A stretch of DNA of 64,000 nt from Candidatus Gastranaerophilales bacterium (GTDB taxonomy: Bacteria > Cyanobacteriota > Vampirovibrionia > Gastranaerophilales > Gastranaerophilaceae), in contig CALUYO010000003.1 of assembly GCA_944325005.1 (NCBI GenBank), positions 120,615-184,614 of the forward strand, given 5' to 3'. The notes beneath the pieces were generated by a model. The model worked only from the letters and a program-made list of their open reading frames with translations. It made no database searches and was not told the origin of the DNA. Position 1 is the first letter of the stretch, and each line of letters opens with the position of its first letter. This document shows positions 19,625 to 29,436 of this stretch, one piece after another. The position numbers were made by a program, and so were the translations under genes.

Positions 19625-19759
19625 ATATAATTACCTTTCTTATTTATGATGGGGTAAATATTTCCTTCCCAATCTGATATCTATTGTATATATATTATAC
19701 ATTAAAAAAAATATTTGAATACAACCTGAACGGGTAATCTTTAATTTTCTTCATCAATG

Positions 19760-19790
19760 TTAAAAGACCCGCAAATAGCGGGCCTTTTAA
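19760..19790 (-). terminator. Terminator of peptide B gene
   Basis: TTAAAAGGCCCGC-tattt-GCGGGTCTTTTAA; the G-U pair is valid only on the minus strand. Confidence 0.75.
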
Positions 19791-19801
19791 ACAATAATTT
19801 T

Positions 19802-19936
19802 TTAAGCAATTTGTAATGTTTGATCTAAATAATCTGATGTTAATCTTGGAATATCGACTTCTTTTTCTGAGTTTTCCAATTTTTTAATTACTTCTTTTTT
19901 TGCTTCCAGACATTTTTGTGTTTCATTTTTTTTCAT
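19802..19936 (-). CDS. Unannotated 44-aa peptide B, MKKNETQKCLEAKKEVIKKLENSEKEVDIPRLTSDYLDQTLQIA
   Basis: Hand translation; SD GGGGGA; TATAAT at 19972-19967; own terminator; C-terminus matches peptide A. Confidence 0.75.
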   Translation of the reverse strand: MKKNETQKCLEAKKEVIKKLENSEKEVDIPRLTSDYLDQTLQIA

Positions 19937-20014
19937 AATAACATATCCCCCAAATTTTTCCCTAATATTATAAAAACAATTTGGGATTTAAAATTGCGTT
20001 TTTGTTAAGAATTA

Positions 20015-20248
20015 TTAACCGGTGGTAATAAATTTTGTATCGTGAGATACCATAGATTTTGGATTTACAAATCCTTTTAGAAATTTGGGAATTTTTTTGG
20101 GAACATTAACCGGTGTATAAGGATCTGAAAAACCTGAACTAAGGCGTTCTTTTATTAATCTGCCTGCTCTTTCTGCAGAGGGTGAATCAATTACAGCATC
20201 CGGCCAGCCTTTTGACAGCGGGGTAAGTGTTAATCGTTTTATTTGCAT
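20015..20248 (-). CDS. Small hypothetical protein downstream of asd
   Basis: ATG 20248 with GGAG upstream gives 77 aa, 'MQIKRLTLTP...'. Confidence 0.55.
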   Translation of the reverse strand: MQIKRLTLTPLSKGWPDAVIDSPSAERAGRLIKERLSSGFSDPYTPVNVPKKIPKFLKGFVNPKSMVSHDTKFITTG

Positions 20249-20253
20249 ATTGT

Positions 20254-21270
20254 TTAATATAACTCCATTTCTATTACTTTTTGACATAGTCTTACAGTGT
20301 TTAATGCTGCACCTATTCTAAGGTTATCAGCAACACACCATAATGAAATTCCGTTCTTGAACGCAAGATTTTTTCTTATTCTTCCGACAAATACCGGATT
20401 AACTCCTGATGCATCGCATGCTGTCGGGTATTCAAAATTAGAAGGGTTATCAATAACTTTTAATCCGAACGAATTCTTTAAAATTTCACGGACTTCATCG
20501 GGTGTAATTTCATTTTCAAATTCAATATCAACAGCCTCTGAGTGTCCGTTGTAAACCGGAACACGTGCTGCTGTACATGAAATCGGTAAAACGGACGGAA
20601 GATGAAGAATTTTTTTTGTTTCGTTTACAACTTTCATTTCTTCTTTTGTGTAGCCGTTTTCGCAAAAAACATCAATTTGCGGGATTACGTTAAAAGCAAT
20701 CGGTTTTTTAAAACATTTATTTTCAAAATTTTCACCTGCAAGACGCGCTTTTGTATTTTCTGTAAGTTCATTAATTGCGGCTAAGCCTGCGCCTGAAACT
20801 GCCTGATAAGTTGATACAATTAATCTTTTCATCGGATTTTTTTCAATTAACGGTTTTAAAACAAGCATTAATTGTGAAGTGGAACAATTCGGGTTTGCTA
20901 CAATACCCTTGTGGCACCTCAAATCTTCATCATTAACTCCTGCAATAACAAGCGGAACATCATCTTCCATTCTAAAAGCGGATGAATTATCAATTAATAC
21001 TGCACCTCTTTTCACAATTTCGGGAGCAAAAAGTTTGGAGGTTGAAGCGCCTGCAGATGCAAGTACTATATTAATCCCGTCAAAGCTTTCGGGTTTTGCT
21101 TCTTCAACGGTATATGTCTTTCCTTGAAATTCAAGTTTTGTTCCTGCGGATCTTGCACTTGAAAGGAATTTAATTTCATTGAATTCAATTTTTAATTCAT
21201 CAACAATTTTTGTAATTTCTCTTCCTACAACGCCTGTAGCGCCTAAGATTGCTATGTTTGGTTTTCTCAT
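20254..21270 (-). CDS. asd: Aspartate-semialdehyde dehydrogenase
   Basis: 'GATGVVG', 'IDNSSAFRM', 'NPNCSTSQL', 'STYQAVSGAG', 'DNLRIGAALN'. Confidence 0.96.
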   Translation of the reverse strand: MRKPNIAILGATGVVGREITKIVDELKIEFNEIKFLSSARSAGTKLEFQGKTYTVEEAKPESFDGINIVLASAGASTSKLFAPEIVKRGAVLIDNSSAFRMEDDVPLVIAGVNDEDLRCHKGIVANPNCSTSQLMLVLKPLIEKNPMKRLIVSTYQAVSGAGLAAINELTENTKARLAGENFENKCFKKPIAFNVIPQIDVFCENGYTKEEMKVVNETKKILHLPSVLPISCTAARVPVYNGHSEAVDIEFENEITPDEVREILKNSFGLKVIDNPSNFEYPTACDASGVNPVFVGRIRKNLAFKNGISLWCVADNLRIGAALNTVRLCQKVIEMELY

Positions 21271-21406
21271 ATCTGCTCCCGTTTTATTTAATTATATAAA
21301 GTTTATCAAAAAAATTAAACTTGGTATACAAGTATTACAAAAAGTAAAAAAGCGGTTTTCTTAAAAAACCGCTCTAACCTGTTTGTTTTATAATTATTAT
21401 TTTTGT

Positions 21407-22081
21407 TTAACTCATCACAGTCATAACGAGTTTTAAAATAACAATTATAATATTAAGTATGCACCAGCATAATGCAAGAATTCCCAGTAAAGTAGGCAGC
21501 AGTCCTACGATTGTGTTTATAACAGCCCAGATTATTCTTTTACTGTGTAATGATTTATCATATTCTTTTATAGAGGTCGGAACAATTCCTGTTTCTATAA
21601 ATTGAATTACTTCTTGTTTATCTCCGGTTTCAAATTTATCTTTAAAAATTTTATATAATGCTGTATTAACTTTCAGGCAAAGTTCTTTATCAGGTTTAGC
21701 AATATAGGTTAAGCTTAATACTGACGGTTCGGCATTTTTTATTTTCAGCTCATACATACCTTCTGATAAATCTTTTATTCCTTCAATAATATCATTTGAA
21801 TACTGTGTTATAACCTGAGGTTGTTTTTTATGAAATTTACATAACCTTATGGATTTATCAGATACTATTAAAAGCCGGTTGTTTTTTTTAAGCGGACAAA
21901 TTCCTACTATAATTGCACTAATAAATAGTAACATATATATACCATATTCCAGCCAATCGGGAATATTAACAAATGTTTTTAAGAATAGAAAAATAATTGT
22001 ACCGCTGATTAAAATTGGTGCATAGTTCAGCATAAACGTTATGTATGCATTCTGTTTCAACAAAAATTTTTCTTCACTCAT
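21407..22081 (-). CDS. Hypothetical membrane protein
   Basis: Two N-terminal and one long C-terminal hydrophobic segment. Confidence 0.7.
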   Translation of the reverse strand: MSEEKFLLKQNAYITFMLNYAPILISGTIIFLFLKTFVNIPDWLEYGIYMLLFISAIIVGICPLKKNNRLLIVSDKSIRLCKFHKKQPQVITQYSNDIIEGIKDLSEGMYELKIKNAEPSVLSLTYIAKPDKELCLKVNTALYKIFKDKFETGDKQEVIQFIETGIVPTSIKEYDKSLHSKRIIWAVINTIVGLLPTLLGILALCWCILNIIIVILKLVMTVMS

Positions 22082-22168
22082 ATTAAACTCCTCTCTTATA
22101 ATTTACTAAGGATACAAAAAAAATTGTTGTCGGTCATCCTTTATAAATAGGAGTTTTATGTTATGAAT

Positions 22169-22908
22169 TTATTCGGTAATATACAAAGGGGAGCACCCCC
22201 AGCCTGAACCGGTTTTACAGTCTTCTTTATAATTATCCGTAGTTACCATTGTGTTGTATGGACTTGAACAACCATTTATAAACCTATCGTTATCAAAAAA
22301 AATAGGCGCCAAATTTTCATTTGAAAGTTTGAAATAAAAGATGTCACGTCCGATAGTATTTGGACCTTTATATCCGTTTACATCAATGAACACATTTGTT
22401 TGACAGTTAAAATTTATAAGCGCTCCATCGGGTAAAATATAGGAAAAATACCAGTAACCGGAATTAAGTTCCATTGCTTCTTTCTGTTTATTAAACCATT
22501 TACCATGTTTATGCCAGCTTACTTCCTGATTAAATTTCATATTTGTTGTGTCACTAAGGTTATCATCAGTACAAATTATCCCTGATTTAACTGTTTTTAA
22601 TTCATCACCAAGTCTGCATATGAAATAGACCATTTCCCGCCAGGTACCTTGTGTAAAGTTGCCTAAATCTAAATTTTCTCCTTCTTTAGCATAGACCATT
22701 TGTAATGCTTGAGAAATTGCGGAATATTGTTTTTTAAACATCGCCTTAAACTGTTTATCTTTTGCATCGTTAATCACAGATGGCAAAGTCATAGCAACAA
22801 CAATTCCGATAATTCCGAGAGTAATTAGAACCTCTGCAAGTGTGAAAGCTCTTCTTATGTATGGATTTTGCGGGGGGGGGGCACTCTGAAAGCTTCGCTA
22901 TTAAACAT
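22169..22908 (-). CDS. Type IV pilin-like / pseudopilin protein, currently frameshifted at a C10 tract (phase-variable candidate)
   Basis: 'RRAFTLAEVLITLGIIGIVVAMTLP' class III signal lies upstream of the tracked ATG 22792; SD AAGGAGG with ATG 22908 is out of frame with it. Confidence 0.8.
22872..22881. repeat. G10 (C10 on coding strand) homopolymer in the pilin leader
   Basis: Counted directly: 10 G in an AT-rich genome. Confidence 0.9.
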
Positions 22909-22940
22909 TTTTCATCCTCCTTGTTTTTATTATTTACTAT

Positions 22941-23687
22941 TTACATTATATTGTCAAGACCATAAATGAAGTCATTATTTTCATAAACGTGGTTTACTGC
23001 AAGCAAAACTCCCTGCATATAGCATTTTCTATCCATTGAATCATGTCTGATTGTCATAATCTGACCTGATGAACCGAAAATAACTTCCTGTGATGCTATA
23101 TAACCCGGTATTCTGACAGAATGAATATGAATATTTGAATAAGAATTGCCGCCTCTGGCGCCTTCAATAGTTTCAGTTTCAGGGCAGTTGCCTTTTGTAA
23201 AATCATCTTTAACTTCGGCCATCATAGCGGCAGTTTTAATAGAAGTTCCTGAGGGGGCATCTTTTTTTTGGTTATGGTGAAGTTCAATGATTTCGGCATT
23301 GTCAAAGTATTTGGAAGCCTGACGGGCAAACATCATCATTAATACAGCGCCTGTTGAAAAATTCGGCGCAATTAGACAGCCTGTATTTTTTTCTTTTGAT
23401 AAGCTTTTCAACTCATCAATCTGCTCATCTGACAAACCTGTAGTTCCGATAACAATTTTTATTCCGTTATTAAGGCAGTATTTTGCGTTTTCAAAAATGG
23501 ATTTCGGCTGGGTAAAATCGATTAAAACATCAATTTCACAAATCTTATGAGCTTCTTCTATTGATTTAAACTCAGCTCCTGCTATATCAATCTGAGCAAT
23601 AAGTTCTGTATCAGGGCAATCTGTAACAGCCTGAACAACTTCTTTTCCCATTTTTCCTAAAGCTCCGCATACTGCAACTTTTATCAT
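22941..23687 (-). CDS. dapB: 4-hydroxy-tetrahydrodipicolinate reductase
   Basis: 'GALGKMG', 'DFTQP', 'GTTG', 'APNFSTG', 'ELHHNQKKDAPSGT'. Confidence 0.96.
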   Translation of the reverse strand: MIKVAVCGALGKMGKEVVQAVTDCPDTELIAQIDIAGAEFKSIEEAHKICEIDVLIDFTQPKSIFENAKYCLNNGIKIVIGTTGLSDEQIDELKSLSKEKNTGCLIAPNFSTGAVLMMMFARQASKYFDNAEIIELHHNQKKDAPSGTSIKTAAMMAEVKDDFTKGNCPETETIEGARGGNSYSNIHIHSVRIPGYIASQEVIFGSSGQIMTIRHDSMDRKCYMQGVLLAVNHVYENNDFIYGLDNIM

Positions 23688-23781
23688 AAATTTTTCTCCT
23701 TATTTTTTACTTAACTCTATCATAAAAAAAATTTTCTGTGCTAAGATTAAAATGGAATTATTTAATAAGGAGAGAAAAATA

Positions 23782-24012
23782 ATGGCAGATGCAAAACTTT
23801 TAGCAGCTATTGAAAGAAGCGACACTGAACAATTACAGATTTCAATAAGCGAATACAAAGGAAAAAGCTATTTAAATATGAGAATATTTTACACAACTGA
23901 TGACGGTGCTACATGGCTTCCAACTAAAAAAGGAGTAACCTTCACGCCTGAACAGCTTGATCTGCTGGAAGAAGCAATTCAGGAAGCACGCAAGGAATTT
24001 ATGGCTGAGTAG
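23782..24012 (+). CDS. PC4/YdbC-like ssDNA-binding protein
   Basis: 'ISISEYKGKSYLNMRIFY..DGATWLPTKKGVTF' PC4 fold signature; SD AGGAG before ATG 23782. Confidence 0.85.
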   Translation: MADAKLLAAIERSDTEQLQISISEYKGKSYLNMRIFYTTDDGATWLPTKKGVTFTPEQLDLLEEAIQEARKEFMAE

Positions 24013-24063
24013 GCGAAGCCTACTTTTCCACTTGGACTGACCAGTTATTTTAAAGGAGATTGT

Positions 24064-26328
24064 TTGAGTAAATATGCATCAGCACTTGTAAATATTAAAG
24101 CTCTCGGGGTTAAGACATTCAGCTACTTAATCCCCGATGATATGAAAGATAAAATTCAAATCGGACAGGCTTTGCTTGTCCCTTTTGGCAGACAGGGGCT
24201 GATTAATGCTTTTTGTGTCGGATTTTCCGATTATCTGCCGGGGGATTTTAAGGTAAAAAAAATCAGCAAAATCCTTGATGAAACTCCGCTTTTTTCAATT
24301 GATTATTTAAAACTGCTTGAATGGGTTGCAAATTACTACTGCTGTGATTTGGTTACAGTGCTTAACGCCGCAATCCCTATGAAATTAATTGAAAAAGCAT
24401 CAAAAACAGAACAGCTTGTAGAATTTGTAAAATTTGAAGGTGCGACAAAACGTCAGGCTGAAATTCTTGAGTTGCTGCAAAAATCAGGCAAAATGCCTCT
24501 AATCTTATTTGAAAAATACGCAAAAACGACACGTACAACAATAAAAAGACTTGAACAAGCCGGTTGTTTAAAGCTTATTCAGGAAGAATTATACAGAAAC
24601 CCGCTTGATATTTTGCATATAACTGAGCGAGAACCTCTTTTTGAATTGTCAGGTGATCAGAAAAAAGTTTATGAAGGGATAAAAAATAAAATTTCCGGTA
24701 AAGATGAAATCCTTTTACATGGCGTAACGGCCTCTGGCAAAACAGAGGTTTATTTCAAGCTTATTGACGATACAATAAAAGGTGGGAAAAATGTCCTTTT
24801 TCTTGCGCCGGAAATTGCACTTGCATCACAATTAACAAAGCGTCTTGCCAAAAAATTCGGGACAAAAGATGTTGCAATCTGGCACAGCAGTATTTCAGAC
24901 GGCGAAAGATACGACGTGTGGCAAAAACTTTATAAAGATGAGATAAAAATCCTCGCCGGGGCACGTTCTGCAGTTTTTGCCCCTCTAAAAAATATAGGTT
25001 TGATAATAATTGACGAGGAGCATGAAAGCGCGTATAAACAGACAACCCCGTCACCAAGATATGATGCGCGTGTTGTGGCACGTAAACTTGCCGAATTTCA
25101 CAACTGCCCTTTATTGCTCGGCTCAGCAACCCCTGATATTTCAACTTATTATCGTGCTATAAATTCGGGAAATCTCTTTGAACTTAAAAAGCGCTACAAT
25201 GATGCAAAAGTCCCGCCTGTTACGGTTATAAACATGCAGGAACACGGCCGTGCAGCTTATAGAAACGTTATTTCTGTTCCTTTGCAGACGGAAATTAAAG
25301 AAACTCTATCGCATGGTCAGCAGGTAATTTTACTAATAAACAGGCGAGGATTTTCGACATTTACCCAATGTCAGGCATGCGGGCATGTAATTCAATGTCC
25401 TAATTGCGCAATCCCAATGATATGGCATTCAAAAGATCAAATGCTTAAATGCCACTACTGTAACCATGCTGAATATTTTCCCGATTTTTGTCCTGAATGC
25501 GGGTCAGATGCTTTTAAAAACAGCGGCACAGGAACGCAAAAAATTGAACAATATGTAAAAGAGCTTTTCCCTGAAAACAATGTTGAACGTATTGACAGCG
25601 ATATTCTTGTAAGAAAAGGCGAACACATAAGACTGCTGGAAAAATTTCAGCGTGGTGATATTGATATCTTGGTCGGAACACAGATGATTGCAAAGGGTTT
25701 GGATAATCCGAATGTTACTCTTGTCGGTGTAATTTCCGCCGATGCAAGTTTTAATCTGCCTGATTTTAGAGCATCCGAACGCGGGTTTCAGCTTCTCACA
25801 CAGGTTGCAGGACGCGCGGGACGCGGAGAATTTGCAGGAAAAGTTTTTTTCCAGACATACAATCCTGATTTTTACGCCCTTGAAAGTGCTAAATCACAAA
25901 ATTACAGTGAATTTTATGAAACAGAAATTGCAGCACGTAAAGAATTTGATTACCCGCCTTTTAGCCAGATAATAAGACTTGTATTAAGCTCAATCAATAA
26001 CTTTCGTGCCGAAAAATCAGCACAGGAAATTGCTCTGCGACTTTGTACAATGATTGAAAAATTTGGGATATCGGAAAGACTGGAAGTTCTCGGACCGACA
26101 CCCTGTGTAATTGAACGTATTAACAGCCAGTATCGTTTTCAGATCCTTATAAAAAATAAAATGGACAACGGGAGCATAGCGACTGACCAAAGTACTAAAA
26201 GTCCAACAAATATTTACGCAGGTGATGAAAAAAAAGGGCATCAATTTATATCAAGTTTCCTAAACAAAATAACTTTGCCAAAAGATATCAAAATGGTAGT
26301 TGATGTTGATCCGCTTGATATCTTGTAA
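24064..26328 (+). CDS. priA: Primosomal protein N' (replication restart helicase)
   Basis: 'LHGVTASGKTEVY', 'IIIDEEHE', two CxxC-CxxC Zn clusters, 'QVAGRAGR', 'VDVDP'. Confidence 0.96.
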   Translation: MSKYASALVNIKALGVKTFSYLIPDDMKDKIQIGQALLVPFGRQGLINAFCVGFSDYLPGDFKVKKISKILDETPLFSIDYLKLLEWVANYYCCDLVTVLNAAIPMKLIEKASKTEQLVEFVKFEGATKRQAEILELLQKSGKMPLILFEKYAKTTRTTIKRLEQAGCLKLIQEELYRNPLDILHITEREPLFELSGDQKKVYEGIKNKISGKDEILLHGVTASGKTEVYFKLIDDTIKGGKNVLFLAPEIALASQLTKRLAKKFGTKDVAIWHSSISDGERYDVWQKLYKDEIKILAGARSAVFAPLKNIGLIIIDEEHESAYKQTTPSPRYDARVVARKLAEFHNCPLLLGSATPDISTYYRAINSGNLFELKKRYNDAKVPPVTVINMQEHGRAAYRNVISVPLQTEIKETLSHGQQVILLINRRGFSTFTQCQACGHVIQCPNCAIPMIWHSKDQMLKCHYCNHAEYFPDFCPECGSDAFKNSGTGTQKIEQYVKELFPENNVERIDSDILVRKGEHIRLLEKFQRGDIDILVGTQMIAKGLDNPNVTLVGVISADASFNLPDFRASERGFQLLTQVAGRAGRGEFAGKVFFQTYNPDFYALESAKSQNYSEFYETEIAARKEFDYPPFSQIIRLVLSSINNFRAEKSAQEIALRLCTMIEKFGISERLEVLGPTPCVIERINSQYRFQILIKNKMDNGSIATDQSTKSPTNIYAGDEKKGHQFISSFLNKITLPKDIKMVVDVDPLDIL

Positions 26329-26342
26329 CATAATAATCTTTA

Positions 26343-27443
26343 TTATGCAGATTTTTTAATACATTCTTTTGTTTTTTCACGAATTTCTTTATCCACAGCA
26401 AAAATTTCGTCAATTGTCGGGTTTTGAATTACTTCATGTTCATCGCATATTTTTTTCGTAATTTCATAAATATTATAGAGTTTTATTTCCCCGCCTAAAA
26501 ATGCAAACACAGCTTCTTCATTAGCCGCATTCATACATACGGTTGCTGTTCCGCCTAATTTTCCCATTTCATAAGCAAGTTTTACAGTCGGAAATTTGTC
26601 ATAATCAGGTTTTTCAAAATCGAGTCTTGCAATATCTGCAAAACTGAAACTTTTTGATTTTATTCCTTCAAAGCGTTCCGGATAGGTGATTGCATACTGG
26701 ATAGGAATGTGCATACTAGGCAGACCCAATTGAGCAATTACACTTCCGTCAACATATTCAATTGCCGAATGTACAATACTTTGAGGGTGTATTACAACAT
26801 CAATATTATCATAGCCAAAGCCGAATAAATGATGGGCTTCAATAATTTCTAACCCTTTATTCATTAAAGTTGCGCTGTCAACGGTAATTTTTTTACCCAT
26901 ATTCCATCTAGGATGTGCAAGAGCCTGTTCAACTGTTGCATTTTTCATATCTTCAATTGATTTGTGCAGAAACGGCCCGCCTGATGCCGTAATTATCAAT
27001 TTATCAACCTGCTTAATATCTTTTATGCACTGGTGGATTGCACAGTGTTCACTGTCTACAGGTATAATTTTTACTCCGTATTTTTTTGCTTCAGCCATCA
27101 CTATATCACCCGCCATTACAAGAGTTTCTTTATTGGCAAGCGCAATATCAATTCCGTTTTTAATAGCAGTTAATGTCGGTCGAAGTCCGATTTTGCCCGA
27201 ACATGCAACGAGAATAATATCATTTTCTTTATCAGTGCAAATTCTTTCTAACCCTTCTTCACCAAGGCATGTGTATCTTGGTTTAAATTTTTCAGCCTGT
27301 TTTGCTAAAAGTTCTTTATTATGTCCTCCTGCAAGGGCAATAATTTCAAATTTATCTTTTAATTTTTCAATAACTTCCAGCGCCTGAGTTCCTATAGAGC
27401 CGGTGGAGCCGATAATACTTATTTTTCTCTTCTTAGTTTCCAT
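26343..27443 (-). CDS. dxr: 1-deoxy-D-xylulose 5-phosphate reductoisomerase
   Basis: 'GSTGSIGTQAL', 'LANKETLV', 'PVDSEH', 'HPRWNMGKKITVDSATLMNKGLE'. Confidence 0.97.
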   Translation of the reverse strand: METKKRKISIIGSTGSIGTQALEVIEKLKDKFEIIALAGGHNKELLAKQAEKFKPRYTCLGEEGLERICTDKENDIILVACSGKIGLRPTLTAIKNGIDIALANKETLVMAGDIVMAEAKKYGVKIIPVDSEHCAIHQCIKDIKQVDKLIITASGGPFLHKSIEDMKNATVEQALAHPRWNMGKKITVDSATLMNKGLEIIEAHHLFGFGYDNIDVVIHPQSIVHSAIEYVDGSVIAQLGLPSMHIPIQYAITYPERFEGIKSKSFSFADIARLDFEKPDYDKFPTVKLAYEMGKLGGTATVCMNAANEEAVFAFLGGEIKLYNIYEITKKICDEHEVIQNPTIDEIFAVDKEIREKTKECIKKSA

Positions 27444-27499
27444 AATTTTTATTATAGTATAAACAAAAAAGCGGGAATTAGAACCCCGCTTATTGTTTG

Positions 27500-28984
27500 T
27501 TATTTAGCTGTTTCTTCAACCTGTTCTTTTATTGATTTACTTTCGCTAACGTATGCACTAACCTGTTTAAGTGCGGGCTTCATTGCATTGACGGTTGAAT
27601 TACCGCCTAAACATCCGCCTGTACATGCCATAACTTCAATTAAGTTGCCTAATTCACACATTCCGTTTTTGGCATATTTTTTCAAATCTCTTACAGATTG
27701 TTTTGTGAGTCCGTCAACTAAAACTACATGAGCCGGAATTTCTTCGGGCAATAATGTTTCAACAGCTTTTGCAACACCGCCTGTTACGCAGTAATTTCTT
27801 CCTTCAGCTGATGCTTCTGTTTTGAATTTGCTTTCGCCGCATTCTGCAACCTGAATTCCTAAAGCAATCATCCATGCGCCGATTTCTTCATAATTCAAAA
27901 CATAATCAACGTTAGGGTTATTTAATGCTTCACGTTTTTTTGCAACACAGGGGCTGAAAAATACTGTAATAGCATCCGGATTTTCTTTCTTTACAATTTC
28001 TGCCGTATAATACATTGGAGTTTTTGTATCTGAGCGGAAAGGTTTCATTTCAGGGATATGCTTGTCTACAAGCTCATTATAGCCGGCACAACATGAAGTT
28101 GTCATAAATTCTTCACCTTTTTCAAGTCTTTCCACAAATTCGTGTGCTTCTGTTTGTGTTGTAACATCAGCACCTTGAGCGACTTCATATACATCTGAAA
28201 ATCCCAGTTTCATTATAGCTTCTTTAAGCTGCTGAGGTTTGCAAGGAAGTTGGCCAAACATTGCAGGAGCAACCATTGCAATAACTTTTTTACCGTGTTT
28301 TATATTTTTTAAAACATCAATAATCTGGCTTTTTTCATGAACTGCACCAAAAGGACAGGCAGATGCGCATTTCCCGCATGAAATACATTTGTCAAAATCA
28401 ATTCTTGCATGACCGTTTTCATCTTTTGCAATAGCACCGACAGGGCAGGCGCTTTCACATGGAACAATAATTTTTTGGATTGCCTGATAAGGACAAACCT
28501 GAACGCACATACCGCAATTTTTACATTTTTCAGGATCAATCACTGATTTGCCGTTTTGAATTGAAATTGCTCCGAATTTACAAGTATTTACGCAAGGTCT
28601 TGCAACGCATCCCTGACATAAATCAGTTACATAAATTCTTGAAGGAACGCAGCCTTTGCAGGCTGTTGTTAATACTGTCAAAGGATGCTCTTCGGGAGTG
28701 TCTCTTTTTTCTGCTTTCTGGGCTAAATCTGAAAGCAATATACTGTCATCTGTTTCTTCAATTGAAAATCCCAAACCTGCAATAGTTCTGTCTCTTAGAA
28801 TTGCACGTTCTTTAAATATGCAACATCTGTAATTTGGAACGTCGCTGTTTTTCGGGCGCATTGCAAAAGGGATTAATCTTGTATTTTCTTCAAAATTATC
28901 ACTTAAATATGCTTTTATTACTCTAACAAGAATTTCTCTTTTTAAGTGCGAAGTTTGTTTGGGAGTACTGGTATTCATTGCCAT
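27500..28984 (-). CDS. Monomeric [FeFe]-hydrogenase, group B (HfsD-like)
   Basis: H-cluster motifs TSCCAGY / SPCVAKKRE / EVMACTGGCLGG; ferredoxin-type CxxCxxCxxxCP motifs. Confidence 0.9.
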   Translation of the reverse strand: MAMNTSTPKQTSHLKREILVRVIKAYLSDNFEENTRLIPFAMRPKNSDVPNYRCCIFKERAILRDRTIAGLGFSIEETDDSILLSDLAQKAEKRDTPEEHPLTVLTTACKGCVPSRIYVTDLCQGCVARPCVNTCKFGAISIQNGKSVIDPEKCKNCGMCVQVCPYQAIQKIIVPCESACPVGAIAKDENGHARIDFDKCISCGKCASACPFGAVHEKSQIIDVLKNIKHGKKVIAMVAPAMFGQLPCKPQQLKEAIMKLGFSDVYEVAQGADVTTQTEAHEFVERLEKGEEFMTTSCCAGYNELVDKHIPEMKPFRSDTKTPMYYTAEIVKKENPDAITVFFSPCVAKKREALNNPNVDYVLNYEEIGAWMIALGIQVAECGESKFKTEASAEGRNYCVTGGVAKAVETLLPEEIPAHVVLVDGLTKQSVRDLKKYAKNGMCELGNLIEVMACTGGCLGGNSTVNAMKPALKQVSAYVSESKSIKEQVEETAK

Positions 28985-29106
28985 ATATCTTTTTACCTCT
29001 TTACTATTCCATATATTTTATATTATGTCATGAACATGAAAATTTTCAAAAAAAATGACTAAATATTATTTAGCCATTTTTTAATTATAGATATTTGTTG
29101 AAAAAA

Positions 29107-29364
29107 TTATTTAAGTTTTTCATCAATTGCTTTTAAAACTTTTTCAACTGTAGCTTCCTTAATCACTTCATCATTAACTTTAACATAAGGAGCTTTTGAA
29201 AATTCCCAGTCAATCGAGCATAAACCTAAGCAAGGAACGCCTGAAACTTCAACTTTATCTCCGTATTTTTTAGGAACCGTGTCAATTAATTCCTGTAAAT
29301 TAGAAGACCCCATTACAAAACATGTTGTTCCCAAACATACTTTAACACTAACTTTTTCGCTCAT
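29107..29364 (-). CDS. Thioredoxin-like [2Fe-2S] ferredoxin (NuoE-like)
   Basis: 'VCLGTTCFVMG...CLGLC..AP.VKVN'. Confidence 0.85.
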   Translation of the reverse strand: MSEKVSVKVCLGTTCFVMGSSNLQELIDTVPKKYGDKVEVSGVPCLGLCSIDWEFSKAPYVKVNDEVIKEATVEKVLKAIDEKLK

Positions 29365-29436
29365 TTTTCTTTCTACCCTTTCTTATAATTATTTTGCCGG
29401 AGATTTTGTCCCCATTTATTATCTTTTAAAATTTTT

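Noticed and set aside
26161-26230. Possible in-frame insertion near the PriA C-terminus
   Set aside because: Cannot be verified without an alignment; no flanking repeats or intein motifs
26389-26397. DnaA box TTATCCACA
   Set aside because: Single copy inside the dxr coding region; no cluster or origin features
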